From the NCBI GenBank assembly GCA_040903985.1, contig JBBDUI010000002.1, forward strand, positions 390,038 through 454,037: a DNA stretch of 64,000 nucleotides, given 5' to 3'. The translations under genes and the position numbers were made by a program. Under the pieces are notes generated by a model. That model worked only from the letters and a program-made list of their open reading frames with translations, had not been told where the DNA came from and did no database searches. Positions 9,902-20,081 of the stretch are shown piece by piece. This DNA comes from Candidatus Saccharimonadales bacterium. GTDB taxonomy: Bacteria; Patescibacteriota; Saccharimonadia; QS-5-54-17. Numbering within the stretch: the stretch's first letter is position 1; every line of letters begins with the position of its first letter.

Positions 9902-10360
9902 ATGGATGCTCGAGAACTCAGCGTTAAGTTTCTCGAAGACCTTATCGCCTTCTTCGGGGTGAACGTACTAGTCGAGGTCGAGGAGAACGAAGAGGACCAG
10001 GTGCTAACCCTCAACGTCCCATCCACACGGCTGAACGGCTTTTTCATCGGCTCTAACGGTGAGAATCTGAGGGCGTTGCAGCACCTGGTGAACATGTCGC
10101 TGCGCCGCAACGGCTTCGAAGACATAGCCGTCACCGTCGACGTGGCGGGGTATAAGAAGCAGCGTAACGAACGCTTGTCCCGTCAGGCCACTAAGCTGGC
10201 CGCCACGGTCAAAGAGACCGGCGAGCCGCACGAGATGCAGCCTATGACTGCCTACGAACGCCGGGTAGTGCACAAGACCCTAGGGGAGATCGACGGCATC
10301 ACTACCGAAAGCGCCGGCGCCGGCCGAGACCGCCACATCGTGATCAAAAAGGGCGAATAG
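9902..10360 (+). CDS. jag: Jag/KhpB RNA-binding protein (KH + R3H, short form)
   Basis: IGSNGENLRALQ KH motif and ERRVVH R3H motif; follows yidC. Confidence 0.9.
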   Translation: MDARELSVKFLEDLIAFFGVNVLVEVEENEEDQVLTLNVPSTRLNGFFIGSNGENLRALQHLVNMSLRRNGFEDIAVTVDVAGYKKQRNERLSRQATKLAATVKETGEPHEMQPMTAYERRVVHKTLGEIDGITTESAGAGRDRHIVIKKGE

Positions 10361-11851
10361 CTACTCGACGATAAACGGCGAGACAACTCTCTGCGCCGAT
10401 TGGTTCATACTCTCAACTAGCGGATTATCCCAGTACCAAGTGTCACTACTGCGATACCAAAAACTCATAACCCCACCACCGTTCATCATGGCGAGCGACA
10501 CCACCACTACAGCTACCACCTTTAGTCGGTCAAATCGCTGCAGTAGCTTGGTTAAGGCAGCTCCGAGCACGGCTATCAGCGGCAGTGCTACTATCAGTAA
10601 GTAGCGGCCGTTAGCCCCGGCTACCCGGCCGGTGTAGTTATAGCTACCGGTATAGTTGAGATACCAGATAACCGTGGCGTAGAATAGGGCCGCTAGCGCC
10701 AGAAATACCATTTCCGGGCGTCTGAATATCTGTTTGGCGTAGATGATGGCAGCGACTATTCCGGCTATGAATATGGCAGTAGCTCCGAGCGCGGGCAGGG
10801 GTAACGGCGGGAAGTTGTGGTACCTATCGATCGGTACATCACCATTAATCATGAAAAATGTCCGATACCACATACCGCCGATCCAGCGACTACTGTGATC
10901 GCTAAAACTAGGCGAGAAGCCAGGAACCGGATTCTGAGCGTATTGGTAGGTGCGCTCAAACGGACCAGTCTCCATGCACTGTTCAAAGGTTAAGACTTCT
11001 TCACAGCCCGGGGCGGTCGCACCGTATCTGATGAGGTTTATACCGTAGCGTTCGATAAATAATCCCGATCCTAGGATGAGCAGGACAATGAGTGGCACCC
11101 TTAGTAGACTACTTATACCGCGCCAGCGCAGGCCTATCTCTTGGCTAAAGCCACTTAGACTCTGCCCTCGAAATGCATACCCGCCATAGCTTGCGATAAA
11201 CAGTACCGCTGTTAAGCCGATAGGTAGCGCTGCCTGTTTGACCACCCCCGCAAAAGCGATCAGAATGATGACTCCCAGTAGGCTGAGCAGGTCGAGCTCA
11301 CTATTCTGCAGTCGCTGAATGACCTTAATGCTCAGGTAAAACAGTGCACTTATCAGTAGGATCAATAAGTTGTCGTAGCTAATGTGGGCGGCTAGCAGAG
11401 GAGTGATAGGAATCAGGGTGAAGAGAAGCAGGCCGACATTTGTTAGGGCAGAGGAGAGATTTAGTTGCCGGAAGGCACGGCGGAATAGCAGTAGGCTAGC
11501 GGCAAAGAAGCCGACATTAATTATGCGTAAGATTATGATCTGAGCTATCTGGTTATCGGTAAAAACAGTTATTAGCCGATACGGGAAGCTCATGAGATAG
11601 TGGAAAAAATAAGAGGTATCCCGGGTGACTACACCGAGGTGGTTGGCGTAGCTGGGATGTTCGGTGATGAACGGTGACCACTGCTGAGAGTAGACTTGAA
11701 TGAAGCTGAAGTGATAAGCCTCATCAAACGCCATCGGGTAGAGTGCTGAGCTAACCAGCCATAGCGCCTGGAATACAAACAGTCCGATTACCGTCCAGAA
11801 AAATAGTGGGGAGCCGAGAAACTGCTTTATTTTTAGGAGAATACTGTTCAT
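10361..11851 (-). CDS. GT-C fold polytopic membrane glycosyltransferase-like protein
   Basis: Many TM helices, FDEAYH after TM1, YDNL and GRYL motifs; paralog of 31370..32794. Confidence 0.65.
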   Translation of the reverse strand: MNSILLKIKQFLGSPLFFWTVIGLFVFQALWLVSSALYPMAFDEAYHFSFIQVYSQQWSPFITEHPSYANHLGVVTRDTSYFFHYLMSFPYRLITVFTDNQIAQIIILRIINVGFFAASLLLFRRAFRQLNLSSALTNVGLLLFTLIPITPLLAAHISYDNLLILLISALFYLSIKVIQRLQNSELDLLSLLGVIILIAFAGVVKQAALPIGLTAVLFIASYGGYAFRGQSLSGFSQEIGLRWRGISSLLRVPLIVLLILGSGLFIERYGINLIRYGATAPGCEEVLTFEQCMETGPFERTYQYAQNPVPGFSPSFSDHSSRWIGGMWYRTFFMINGDVPIDRYHNFPPLPLPALGATAIFIAGIVAAIIYAKQIFRRPEMVFLALAALFYATVIWYLNYTGSYNYTGRVAGANGRYLLIVALPLIAVLGAALTKLLQRFDRLKVVAVVVVSLAMMNGGGVMSFWYRSSDTWYWDNPLVESMNQSAQRVVSPFIVE

Positions 11852-11884
11852 TGCCTCTAATTCTATAGTCTTAACGGTTCAAGT

Positions 11885-12892
11885 CTAGCCATTGGAGGAG
11901 CGACTGAGGAGTCGGTATAGCTTCTTTTGCTTTTGGGTGGGAGAGAGATCGTGATAGAGTAGCGCATCGATTGTCTCCGCCGACACGACGCTATCGCGTT
12001 GGATCTGCCGACGGTCGCGCAAAATAGACGCTAAGTTAGTAAATATATCGCCCCAGGCCTTGAGTACAGGCTTAAACTGCAGATGAGCTAACAGGGAAAA
12101 GCTCTTTAGCTTAAGCCCAATGATCACTTTAGGTAGGTGACGCCAGAAAAGCTTACGGGGCATGTTTTTAGCATATAAATACCACATGTTTTTCAGCATA
12201 TGGTACTGGGAGAAAGAGCCGAGTTTGCTACTGGTACCGCCGATATGGTGATAAACGTGTGCCTTCGGCTCATAGCGAACACTCCAGCCCGCTAGCTGCG
12301 CCCGGAAGCTTATGTCGACGTCCTCGTAGTAGGCGAAGAAGCGCTGATCGAACATACCTATCTGTTTAAACAGCTCAGCACGATACAGGCTAGCCCCACC
12401 GCTGGCTGCAAATACTGGCCTCTGCTCTTCGGAATCATACTGACCGGTATCGATCTCGCCTCGGCCGCGGGGGAAAGGCGTGCCCCAGATAGAGTATTGT
12501 TCGCCGGTACTATCAAGTTTCTTACGGTCGATAGCCAGCATCTTGCTTGCAACAATGGAGATTGACGCATCACTGTCCATAGTCCCAGTTAAAGTCTCTA
12601 TCCAGTTTACAGCCGCTTCAGCATCGTTATTGAACAGAGCAATATATTCATAGTTCTTGGCTAAAGCGGCTTCAATTCCAGCATTTACTCCACCAGTAAA
12701 ACCATAATTATGATCTAGCTTAACTACTTCTACTTCTGGAAAGCTGTTCTCAACTAGCTTGACGGACCTATCGGTAGACCCGTTATCAACTAATATGACG
12801 TGTACTGGCACGGTCTGGTTTTTGAGTGAATCCAAGCATCGGTCAAGTAGTCCGATGCCGTTCCAGTTGGGAATAACTACCGCTGTCTTCAT
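11885..12892 (-). CDS. GT2 glycosyltransferase (rhamnosyltransferase-like)
   Basis: VVIPNWNG, VDNGSTD, NYGFTGGVN, FNND and FFAYYEDVD. Confidence 0.92.
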   Translation of the reverse strand: MKTAVVIPNWNGIGLLDRCLDSLKNQTVPVHVILVDNGSTDRSVKLVENSFPEVEVVKLDHNYGFTGGVNAGIEAALAKNYEYIALFNNDAEAAVNWIETLTGTMDSDASISIVASKMLAIDRKKLDSTGEQYSIWGTPFPRGRGEIDTGQYDSEEQRPVFAASGGASLYRAELFKQIGMFDQRFFAYYEDVDISFRAQLAGWSVRYEPKAHVYHHIGGTSSKLGSFSQYHMLKNMWYLYAKNMPRKLFWRHLPKVIIGLKLKSFSLLAHLQFKPVLKAWGDIFTNLASILRDRRQIQRDSVVSAETIDALLYHDLSPTQKQKKLYRLLSRSSNG

Positions 12893-12928
12893 TAGCGGTA
12901 TTATACCTGATGATCTATAATTGCCCCT

Positions 12929-13732
12929 ATGGTGAGTTTAAGTAACATATTTCGAGCAGAAAACCGATACCTACTGAAAGAAATGATAAGAACTAACTTT
13001 AAATTGCGATATCAGGGATCGGTTCTTGGGTATTTGTGGTCACTATTAAAACCAATGTTCATGTTTGGGATACTGTACTTGGTATTTACTCAGTTTTTAC
13101 GATTTGGTGAAGAGGTGCCCAATTTTGCCGTTTCTCTGTTACTTGGAATCGTTCTCTGGACATTCTTTAGCGAAGCTACAATTAATAGCCTCTCTTCTAT
13201 AGTGGAAAAAGGTGATCTCATTAGAAAAATAAAGATACCGCGTTATACCATAGTTTTGGCTTCGGTCGCTATCGCTGGAATAAACCTGATACTTAATATC
13301 GGAGTTGTGATGGCATTTATTCTTATTTCTGGCATATCACTAACCTGGAGCTCATTGCTCTTCCCACTGCTACTTGCAGAGCTGTTAATCATAACAACTG
13401 CAGTAAGTTTTTTTCTGTCCGCAGCATTCGTACGGTTTCGGGACATAAGTTATATATGGGAAGTTATGTTGCAAGGTATGTTCTACCTGGTCCCCCTATT
13501 GTACCCACTGTCGATGATACCGAATGAACTAGCAAGAAAGTTTATTATGTTGAATCCCTTAGCGCAGATTGTTCAAGACTCACGTGCTGTTCTTACCCAT
13601 TCTGGCACCACTACTGTGTACGATATTTTTAGCGTGTTTTGGGTGGTGCCTTTTATTATCATTGTTGTAATGGTCGTAGTTTCAACCTTGTTCTTCAAGA
13701 AAGAATCGATTAACTTTGCTGAGAATGTATAG
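12929..13732 (+). CDS. wzm: Polysaccharide ABC exporter permease
   Basis: RYQGSVLGYLWSLLKP, FRDI and NPLAQ motifs; about 6 TM helices. Confidence 0.92.
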   Translation: MVSLSNIFRAENRYLLKEMIRTNFKLRYQGSVLGYLWSLLKPMFMFGILYLVFTQFLRFGEEVPNFAVSLLLGIVLWTFFSEATINSLSSIVEKGDLIRKIKIPRYTIVLASVAIAGINLILNIGVVMAFILISGISLTWSSLLFPLLLAELLIITTAVSFFLSAAFVRFRDISYIWEVMLQGMFYLVPLLYPLSMIPNELARKFIMLNPLAQIVQDSRAVLTHSGTTTVYDIFSVFWVVPFIIIVVMVVVSTLFFKKESINFAENV

Positions 13733-14956
13733 ATGATAACACCTAATCAAATCATCAGTGTAAAAGAACTTTCAAAAAGCTTTGTACTACCGCATCACAA
13801 AAAAACAAAGCTGAAGGATTACGTTACACATCCAATTACACGAAACAGTAAAGAAGTTCAATATGCGCTTTCTGACATAAACTTCTCAATAGACAAGGGT
13901 GAGTTTGTCGGGATTGTTGGCAGGAATGGATCAGGCAAAAGCACACTACTCAAGTGTCTCGCCGGGGTCTACGCGCCAAGTGAGGGGTCCATATATGTAG
14001 GTGGAAAATTGGTCCCTTTTATTGAGCTAGGAGTGGGCTTTAATCATGAACTGTCAGGGAAGGATAATGTCTACCTTAACGGTGCTCTACTTGGTTTCAG
14101 TACTCAACAAATGAATGAGATGTATGACGATATTGTTGAGTTTGCGGAACTTGAGCATTTCATGGATCAAAAACTTAAGAACTATTCATCTGGCATGCAG
14201 GTGCGACTAGCGTTTTCAATTGCAATCCGCGTCAAAAGCGACATCTTACTAATAGATGAAGTACTAGCCGTAGGAGACGCTAATTTCCAGAGAAAGTGTT
14301 TTAGCTATTTTGACTCATTAAAATCTTCTGATACTACTGTAGTGTTCGTGTCGCATGATATGGAGGCGGTTAAGCGGTTTTGCGATAAGGCAATCTTACT
14401 TGAAGAAGGGAAATTAATAGCGATTGATGACCCTCAGGAAATCGCCGCAAATTATTTCGAAAGCAATAGAAAGAAACTCGAAGACGAGGCATCTCAGGGG
14501 TCTAAACCGGTAGCAACTGGTACGAAACAAGCCGAAATTAAAGAGGTTGTCCTCACTGACCAACTTGGCAAGCAGCGCAAAACATACAGCGCTGGTCAAG
14601 ATATTAATGTTGAGTTGAAAATTGCTGTAAACGCAGATATAGAAGAGCGAACCTTAGCTGGAATAGTGGTTAATAATGATGACACAGCAAAGCCACAGTT
14701 CTGGACTAATACCAAATGGAACGACGTCCCGGTTCCTAATCTGAAGAAAGGGGACGAAATCTCAATCACATTCCATATTCAGAATATTTTTCCTAATGGA
14801 GAGTATTCCGTCGAGTGTGCTTTTAAGAAGGAGGATAGAGAAGATGACTACAGCCGGTTGCAAAAAGCAGCTAGTTTTAAAGTAGTCAGAAATGAGAAAA
14901 ATGCGTGGCTTTATCACCCTAATGTCTCGGTTGAGATAAGTAGGCCTAGCCTTTGA
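13733..14956 (+). CDS. wzt: Polysaccharide ABC exporter ATPase with C-terminal Wzt_C carbohydrate-binding domain
   Basis: GRNGSGKST, YSSGMQVRLAF, DEVLAVGD and a ~160-aa beta-rich C-terminal extension. Confidence 0.93.
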   Translation: MITPNQIISVKELSKSFVLPHHKKTKLKDYVTHPITRNSKEVQYALSDINFSIDKGEFVGIVGRNGSGKSTLLKCLAGVYAPSEGSIYVGGKLVPFIELGVGFNHELSGKDNVYLNGALLGFSTQQMNEMYDDIVEFAELEHFMDQKLKNYSSGMQVRLAFSIAIRVKSDILLIDEVLAVGDANFQRKCFSYFDSLKSSDTTVVFVSHDMEAVKRFCDKAILLEEGKLIAIDDPQEIAANYFESNRKKLEDEASQGSKPVATGTKQAEIKEVVLTDQLGKQRKTYSAGQDINVELKIAVNADIEERTLAGIVVNNDDTAKPQFWTNTKWNDVPVPNLKKGDEISITFHIQNIFPNGEYSVECAFKKEDREDDYSRLQKAASFKVVRNEKNAWLYHPNVSVEISRPSL

Positions 14957-15965
14957 TCAGCCGCGATACTAAGTGCTTAACTTGCGATAGCTTTTTAGCT
15001 ACTTTATAAGGCCCAGACAGTTCGACTCGCTCTAGCTTGTCATGTGTTTCACGGTGATTCCGTTCTAACTCTATGAGCTTGTTGCTTAATCTTGATATTT
15101 CTTCTCTCGAGCGAATGAACTCGGGTACTAGCTGTGCTGGCCTTGGGACGGTATCTCTCTCCGTTGGGTGGATGTACTCGTAATTAACGTCATCTTCTGA
15201 GTGATGACTCTTTTGAACATACTTCTGAAATGCTGACTCGGCATTCATAGCTTCTGGGATATGCTCAAAATAATTCTCATAACTATCGATAATATACTGG
15301 GGAACCCCATAGCCCCTTACGACTTCAAGCTGGTGAACTGTGTCTGCATGATATCTGAGAATATCCTGGTATTTAAGTAGAAAGAAGTAGGCAAAGAAGC
15401 GACTCGTTATATACTGTTTTGGCAATGGAAAGTTGAAAACCCACTCATAATCTATCAAGGTCCATTCTCCCTGAGCCGATTCGATAAAGTTATCCAGGTT
15501 GAGGTCTGCTATACCCGGGATTACGCACTCTACTTCGCGGTTAAAATTTTTGCCAAATACTTTTTTGTATTCGGGGTTATTCACAGGATTACAGATAGTT
15601 GTAGGGAGCGAGTCCACGATCGACAGGAGTTTATTAATTATAGACTTAACCACCCCTTCATCGCCGCCAAGCATACTCCGTAAGAGCTTCCGTTCTATAT
15701 TGACACCTTTTATAAATGGAAATTCGACGCCACTGTCTAGCTTAGAGGGGATGACGATGTCTAGTCCGGGTATCTTATCGATCAACACGTTGAGCTGCCC
15801 ATAGGAAGCCAGCATAGCGTGTAGGTGATCTAGAGACTCTCCACCCATACTCTGCTTGGCTACATGCCTACTATCGTCGTCTTGGTAGATGGAGGTTGTA
15901 ATCGCGAATTTTGGCTGTCGCCCAGACTGGCTTACATAATAAAGGAGCTGTCGCTGTGCACTCAT
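14946..15965 (-). CDS. Kinase-like protein with C-terminal coiled coil (WbdD-like chain-terminator half)
   Basis: VAK, DLNLDNFI catalytic-loop-like and IDYEW metal-binding-like motifs; heptad-rich C-terminus. Confidence 0.55.
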   Translation of the reverse strand: MSAQRQLLYYVSQSGRQPKFAITTSIYQDDDSRHVAKQSMGGESLDHLHAMLASYGQLNVLIDKIPGLDIVIPSKLDSGVEFPFIKGVNIERKLLRSMLGGDEGVVKSIINKLLSIVDSLPTTICNPVNNPEYKKVFGKNFNREVECVIPGIADLNLDNFIESAQGEWTLIDYEWVFNFPLPKQYITSRFFAYFFLLKYQDILRYHADTVHQLEVVRGYGVPQYIIDSYENYFEHIPEAMNAESAFQKYVQKSHHSEDDVNYEYIHPTERDTVPRPAQLVPEFIRSREEISRLSNKLIELERNHRETHDKLERVELSGPYKVAKKLSQVKHLVSRLIKG

Positions 15966-16906
15966 ACTGTTGCCTCAACTAAAAATGAGTTAGAAAACTG
16001 AGGGAACAGATTATTATCCTCAAGGGCGATCATAGCGAGAGCTTCTGAGAAGAGTACTACCCGAGATTGGTCATATGTAGGAGTCGGGAGCTGATTAAGC
16101 GGAAACTCAGCACCGTTGCCTGGATGATATCCGTCACTATATATTAAACGAGCATGCTTATAGTCGGGGAATGGATAAAAGAACTGAGCTTTTTTAAAGC
16201 TAGAGGCGGCGAATAGACTCTCTAGTTCAAGCCTACCAAAGGTTTGGACCTTCTTTTCGGTAGGATACTGATTCAAGCCGTCAAAGAAGTTCCCTGTATG
16301 GTCTTCACGTGCTCCAGCCCAGTATTTAAGACCAAGTCGATTTTCGATAGCGAGAAGTAGCCTGCCGCTGGGTTTGAGTTTTTCCGCGAGCAGTCGCAGG
16401 AATTCGTTATAAGGCGAAGAATGGTCGATGAAAGTGCCTGCATACTCTAACACCCCTACACAGACTATATAGTCATACTGGTCTTTACTATCCATACGCT
16501 CTAAGTTTCCTACCAGTAGTTCTAGATTGTCCGCGTTCTGGTTCCGATATGCGTTCACAAGGGTGCGACGCAGTGTTAGCTCAAGTGCTGTAACCTGGAT
16601 AGGTTTTTTTACTAATGACTCTGTAATAGCGCCACATCCAGCACCAATCTCAAGCACTGAGGATTCAGGCCTAAAGTCATACCAGTCAACGATGCTGCCT
16701 CGCAAGGGGGAGAGGTGGTAGTATTGCTCCCAAGAGGGGTTCTTATCTAATATTTCTTCTCGTTTAGCTTGGACGCCAGGTCCTTTGAAAAGCTCAAGGA
16801 GGTCTTCTTCGATCTTGCCATCAGAATAGCGTTCATCAATATCGCTGGAAAGGTAGGAAATATTAACTTTTCCGACCTGGGGGGGCTTATTTGTGCTTTT
16901 ACTCAT
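15962..16906 (-). CDS. Class I SAM-dependent methyltransferase (glycan-associated)
   Basis: VLEIGAGCGAIT, YDYIVCVGVLEY, LKPSGRL and ENRLGLKYWAG. Confidence 0.88.
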   Translation of the reverse strand: MSKSTNKPPQVGKVNISYLSSDIDERYSDGKIEEDLLELFKGPGVQAKREEILDKNPSWEQYYHLSPLRGSIVDWYDFRPESSVLEIGAGCGAITESLVKKPIQVTALELTLRRTLVNAYRNQNADNLELLVGNLERMDSKDQYDYIVCVGVLEYAGTFIDHSSPYNEFLRLLAEKLKPSGRLLLAIENRLGLKYWAGAREDHTGNFFDGLNQYPTEKKVQTFGRLELESLFAASSFKKAQFFYPFPDYKHARLIYSDGYHPGNGAEFPLNQLPTPTYDQSRVVLFSEALAMIALEDNNLFPQFSNSFLVEATV

Positions 16907-16918
16907 GATCTACGCCTA

Positions 16919-18721
16919 TTATGAAGATTTATTATTATTTTGGTAGTCTCTAACGCCGCTCTTGATCGCTTCAAGGGCAGCGCGCAAAGCACGGGGGGCG
17001 CTTCGAGCAATAGCAACTGCAATCAAGGGATTCTTAACGAGCAAGGTTGTGAGGTACCAGATTCGCGATAGTCTTCTCTGGAGTTGTGCTCGAATTCCAA
17101 ATAATTCAGGATGCAGCCCAGCGATTCGTCTGTAAAATTCCATTTCTCGTTTGGCTACTTGAGTGTTACGGCTCATAGACGAGTCATGATATCGATAGCT
17201 GAAGATGGGCTCGTCGTGGTATCCGAACTTCGCTCCCGCTTCGTAGAGAGTAAGATATAGCTCCCAGTCTTCAACTCCATCTCTCATCTCTTCTTTATAT
17301 CCTCCTATCTGCTTAAGGTAAGAGGTCTTAATTAGTGAGCTATTGTGCACATAGCTTCTTTGTAGCATCGAACGAATATTAAAGGGTCGAGCCTTAATGA
17401 CGTCATTAGTCGCCCCAAAAACTTTCATGTCGGTATAGACGATAGCATACCCACCAGAGTGGGCTGTGTTTATCAATTTCTCGACATAATCATTCTCGAT
17501 TTTATCATCAGCATCTAAGAATATAGTCCAGTATGTAGAAGTTTTTTCTATACCAAGATTTTTAGTGGCCACTACACCCTTATTCTGCTGATGAATAATC
17601 TCCACTAATGGGTTGTCCTTATATGTGTCAATTACCGCTCGACTATTGTCTGTTGAGCCATCATTAATAATCAGAACTTTCTTGGGCGGAATAGTTTGTC
17701 GAAGGGCAGAATCAATAGCCTCTTGAACGTAGTTTCCGTAGTTATAGCATGGGATTATGAATGTAGCATCACGGGGTTCGTATTCGTTGAGATGATTGTT
17801 ATAAGTTTCACCAAGGGGCATAATCTTCTGTCGTTTATACAGGTGTTGCTTCATGTGTAGCTTGTTCCAGACATAAGCTCGGATACGAACTTGGATGCTT
17901 GATTTCAGTGGCCTAAGGAGTGATCTGGTAACCTCCTTGAAATAGTTGCGCCGGAACTCGCGCACAAATTTATTATCAAAGTTCTTGATAGCATACATGT
18001 ACCTGTTTCGATGCATCATGTAGAGGTAATATGAATTTTTTTTGTTGACTCGCGTGGTGCTTGCTGCAACCTTGTGCCAAGCTACGGCCCTTGGATTATA
18101 GTAGGTGCGGTAACCAGCTCTTAAGAGGCGCGCGGTAAGGTCGGTTTCTTCATAGTAGGTGAAAAAATCATCATCTAAATAGCCGACTTTTTTAAGGGAT
18201 TCAGTTTTTACCATCATGCAGGCACCAGAGATGGCATCTACTGATCGTTCCTCTTCTCCTACGAGAGAAGTGTAAGTATTTCCGGTAGATTGGTCTACCT
18301 CCTGAAAGGCAAAGTAGTCATTGGTTGCATCTTGTGCCGGATTTTCATCATTCCACATGTACTGTTTTCCGCCAACTACAGCAGCATCAGGATGGGAATT
18401 AAAACTATCTAGGGCGTGATTGATCCACTCCGGATCCATGACCAGATCATTATTGACGAGAATAATAAAATCACCTTTTGCAACCTCTTTTCCTGCAATG
18501 TGGCCACCAGTAAATCCAGTATTGGTGGGCAAATCAATGTAGATAATATCGTCTAGGGCACTTAGGTATTCCTTCGACCCATCAACTGATCCGTTATCGA
18601 CCACAATTATCTCAATGTTCTCGTAATGTAATTCGCCAATAGATTTAAGGCACTGTTTGGTGTCCTCAAGCCCGTTCCAGTTTACAATTACAATGCTAAC
18701 TAGTGGTAATTTATCGTTCAT
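16919..18721 (-). CDS. Two-domain GT2 glycosyltransferase
   Basis: Two GT-A domains (VSIVIVNWNG...VDNGS...NND and IIPCYNY...NDGSTD...LDADD...EDWE). Start re-placed to MNDKLP. Confidence 0.9.
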   Translation of the reverse strand: MNDKLPLVSIVIVNWNGLEDTKQCLKSIGELHYENIEIIVVDNGSVDGSKEYLSALDDIIYIDLPTNTGFTGGHIAGKEVAKGDFIILVNNDLVMDPEWINHALDSFNSHPDAAVVGGKQYMWNDENPAQDATNDYFAFQEVDQSTGNTYTSLVGEEERSVDAISGACMMVKTESLKKVGYLDDDFFTYYEETDLTARLLRAGYRTYYNPRAVAWHKVAASTTRVNKKNSYYLYMMHRNRYMYAIKNFDNKFVREFRRNYFKEVTRSLLRPLKSSIQVRIRAYVWNKLHMKQHLYKRQKIMPLGETYNNHLNEYEPRDATFIIPCYNYGNYVQEAIDSALRQTIPPKKVLIINDGSTDNSRAVIDTYKDNPLVEIIHQQNKGVVATKNLGIEKTSTYWTIFLDADDKIENDYVEKLINTAHSGGYAIVYTDMKVFGATNDVIKARPFNIRSMLQRSYVHNSSLIKTSYLKQIGGYKEEMRDGVEDWELYLTLYEAGAKFGYHDEPIFSYRYHDSSMSRNTQVAKREMEFYRRIAGLHPELFGIRAQLQRRLSRIWYLTTLLVKNPLIAVAIARSAPRALRAALEAIKSGVRDYQNNNKSS

Positions 18722-18725
18722 GCCT

Positions 18726-20033
18726 TTATCTCCCAAGAAGTATAATTCTAGCCGCACGTTTTATTCGCTGTAGAAGAGGAAGGGTATTCCTCGGGGAAGC
18801 TACAGAGTCTTTGATAATCTGCTTCCTTAACGAGGGTACGTTCATAGTCTTTAAGTGGTCAACTAACTGGCTCAAGGTACTCTCCCAAGTAAAATGTTGC
18901 CTTTCCTGTTTGATATTATTAACAATTTTAGTATAAAAAGCCGTATCTGAATGCAGTTTAATAATTGCCTGGACGAATGCTTCTTCTGAGCGTTCGTCTA
19001 CCACTATACCAAGCTCTTTTTGCTCAATCTTTTCAGAGAGAAAATCGCCGCGCGGACAGATGGTTGGAAGAAGTGACCAAAAATGATCCAAGACTCTGGT
19101 TCTATGAGCTAATCTAGTTTCGGGCGATTCTTTGTCAGAGTAGATAGCGACATCTGCATCGAGCAAGTAGTTACCTCTCTCTTCGTAGGGAATCCACCCA
19201 TCAAGAAAGAAGACAGTTTTATCGGTAAGACCTAATTCTGATGCAAGTTTTCTTGCAAGTGTACTCTCATTCATTTCTTCTTTATAAATGGGATTAGGAT
19301 GCTTTGTCCCCAAGAAGACAAGCTTGATACTGTTATCAGATAACTTGCTCATCGCTCGGATGATTATCTGTGCATCAAACCAGTCCCAGATGCCTCCAGT
19401 CCAGAGCAGTACGAAATCTGATTTCTTTAAGCCCAACTTCTTGCGCAGCATAAGTTTAGATGATTTGGGGATGTTGGGGTCTATTCCCATGGGGCCGATA
19501 ATAAAGTTGTCTTGTCGCGATTTTTTTTTGAATGTGCCTACATCAAGCAGATTCATCGCAGCAGTGTACCCGGTCCAGAAATCTCGTTGTCGCTCATTGG
19601 AGCACACAAACAGCTGCCCAGTGCTTAAGTAGCGTCTATACATTTCTATTACCGATTCGTAGTTACTGATTTGTAGTGGAGAAGGTTCAGATTTAGCAAA
19701 TGCTAAGTTTGCTAAATACTCGACAGGCACAGGAGCGTAGAGATCAAAGATTACAATGACTCCCCTCGCCTTGGCATAATCAAGCATAGAGTCGCTTAGC
19801 CATTGGGCAAATACTACGTCGGCGTCATCAAAGTGTTCTCGGTAGTCATTGCTATCGGGGTTAATGGCCGTTATATTTTCGTGGTTGTCTGCACCGTGTT
19901 TTGAAAACACTCCGAGCGTTACACTGAAATCATTTTCGAGTACTTTAGCGATATTCTGGTATCGTATGCCCGGGCCGGCCATTTTTTCGCCGATAACATC
20001 ATGACACAGAATTAGAATTTTGAGTTTTGCCAA
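18726..20033 (-). CDS. GT-B (GT4-like) glycosyltransferase
   Basis: MAGPGIRY, DLYAP, WTGGIWDWFD and RTRVLDH motifs; in the glycan operon. Confidence 0.8.
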   Translation of the reverse strand: MAKLKILILCHDVIGEKMAGPGIRYQNIAKVLENDFSVTLGVFSKHGADNHENITAINPDSNDYREHFDDADVVFAQWLSDSMLDYAKARGVIVIFDLYAPVPVEYLANLAFAKSEPSPLQISNYESVIEMYRRYLSTGQLFVCSNERQRDFWTGYTAAMNLLDVGTFKKKSRQDNFIIGPMGIDPNIPKSSKLMLRKKLGLKKSDFVLLWTGGIWDWFDAQIIIRAMSKLSDNSIKLVFLGTKHPNPIYKEEMNESTLARKLASELGLTDKTVFFLDGWIPYEERGNYLLDADVAIYSDKESPETRLAHRTRVLDHFWSLLPTICPRGDFLSEKIEQKELGIVVDERSEEAFVQAIIKLHSDTAFYTKIVNNIKQERQHFTWESTLSQLVDHLKTMNVPSLRKQIIKDSVASPRNTLPLLQRIKRAARIILLGR

Positions 20034-20081
20034 GGGAAAGCTCTCCTAAGGTATGGACTTATTCTCCGTCCATTATACAGA

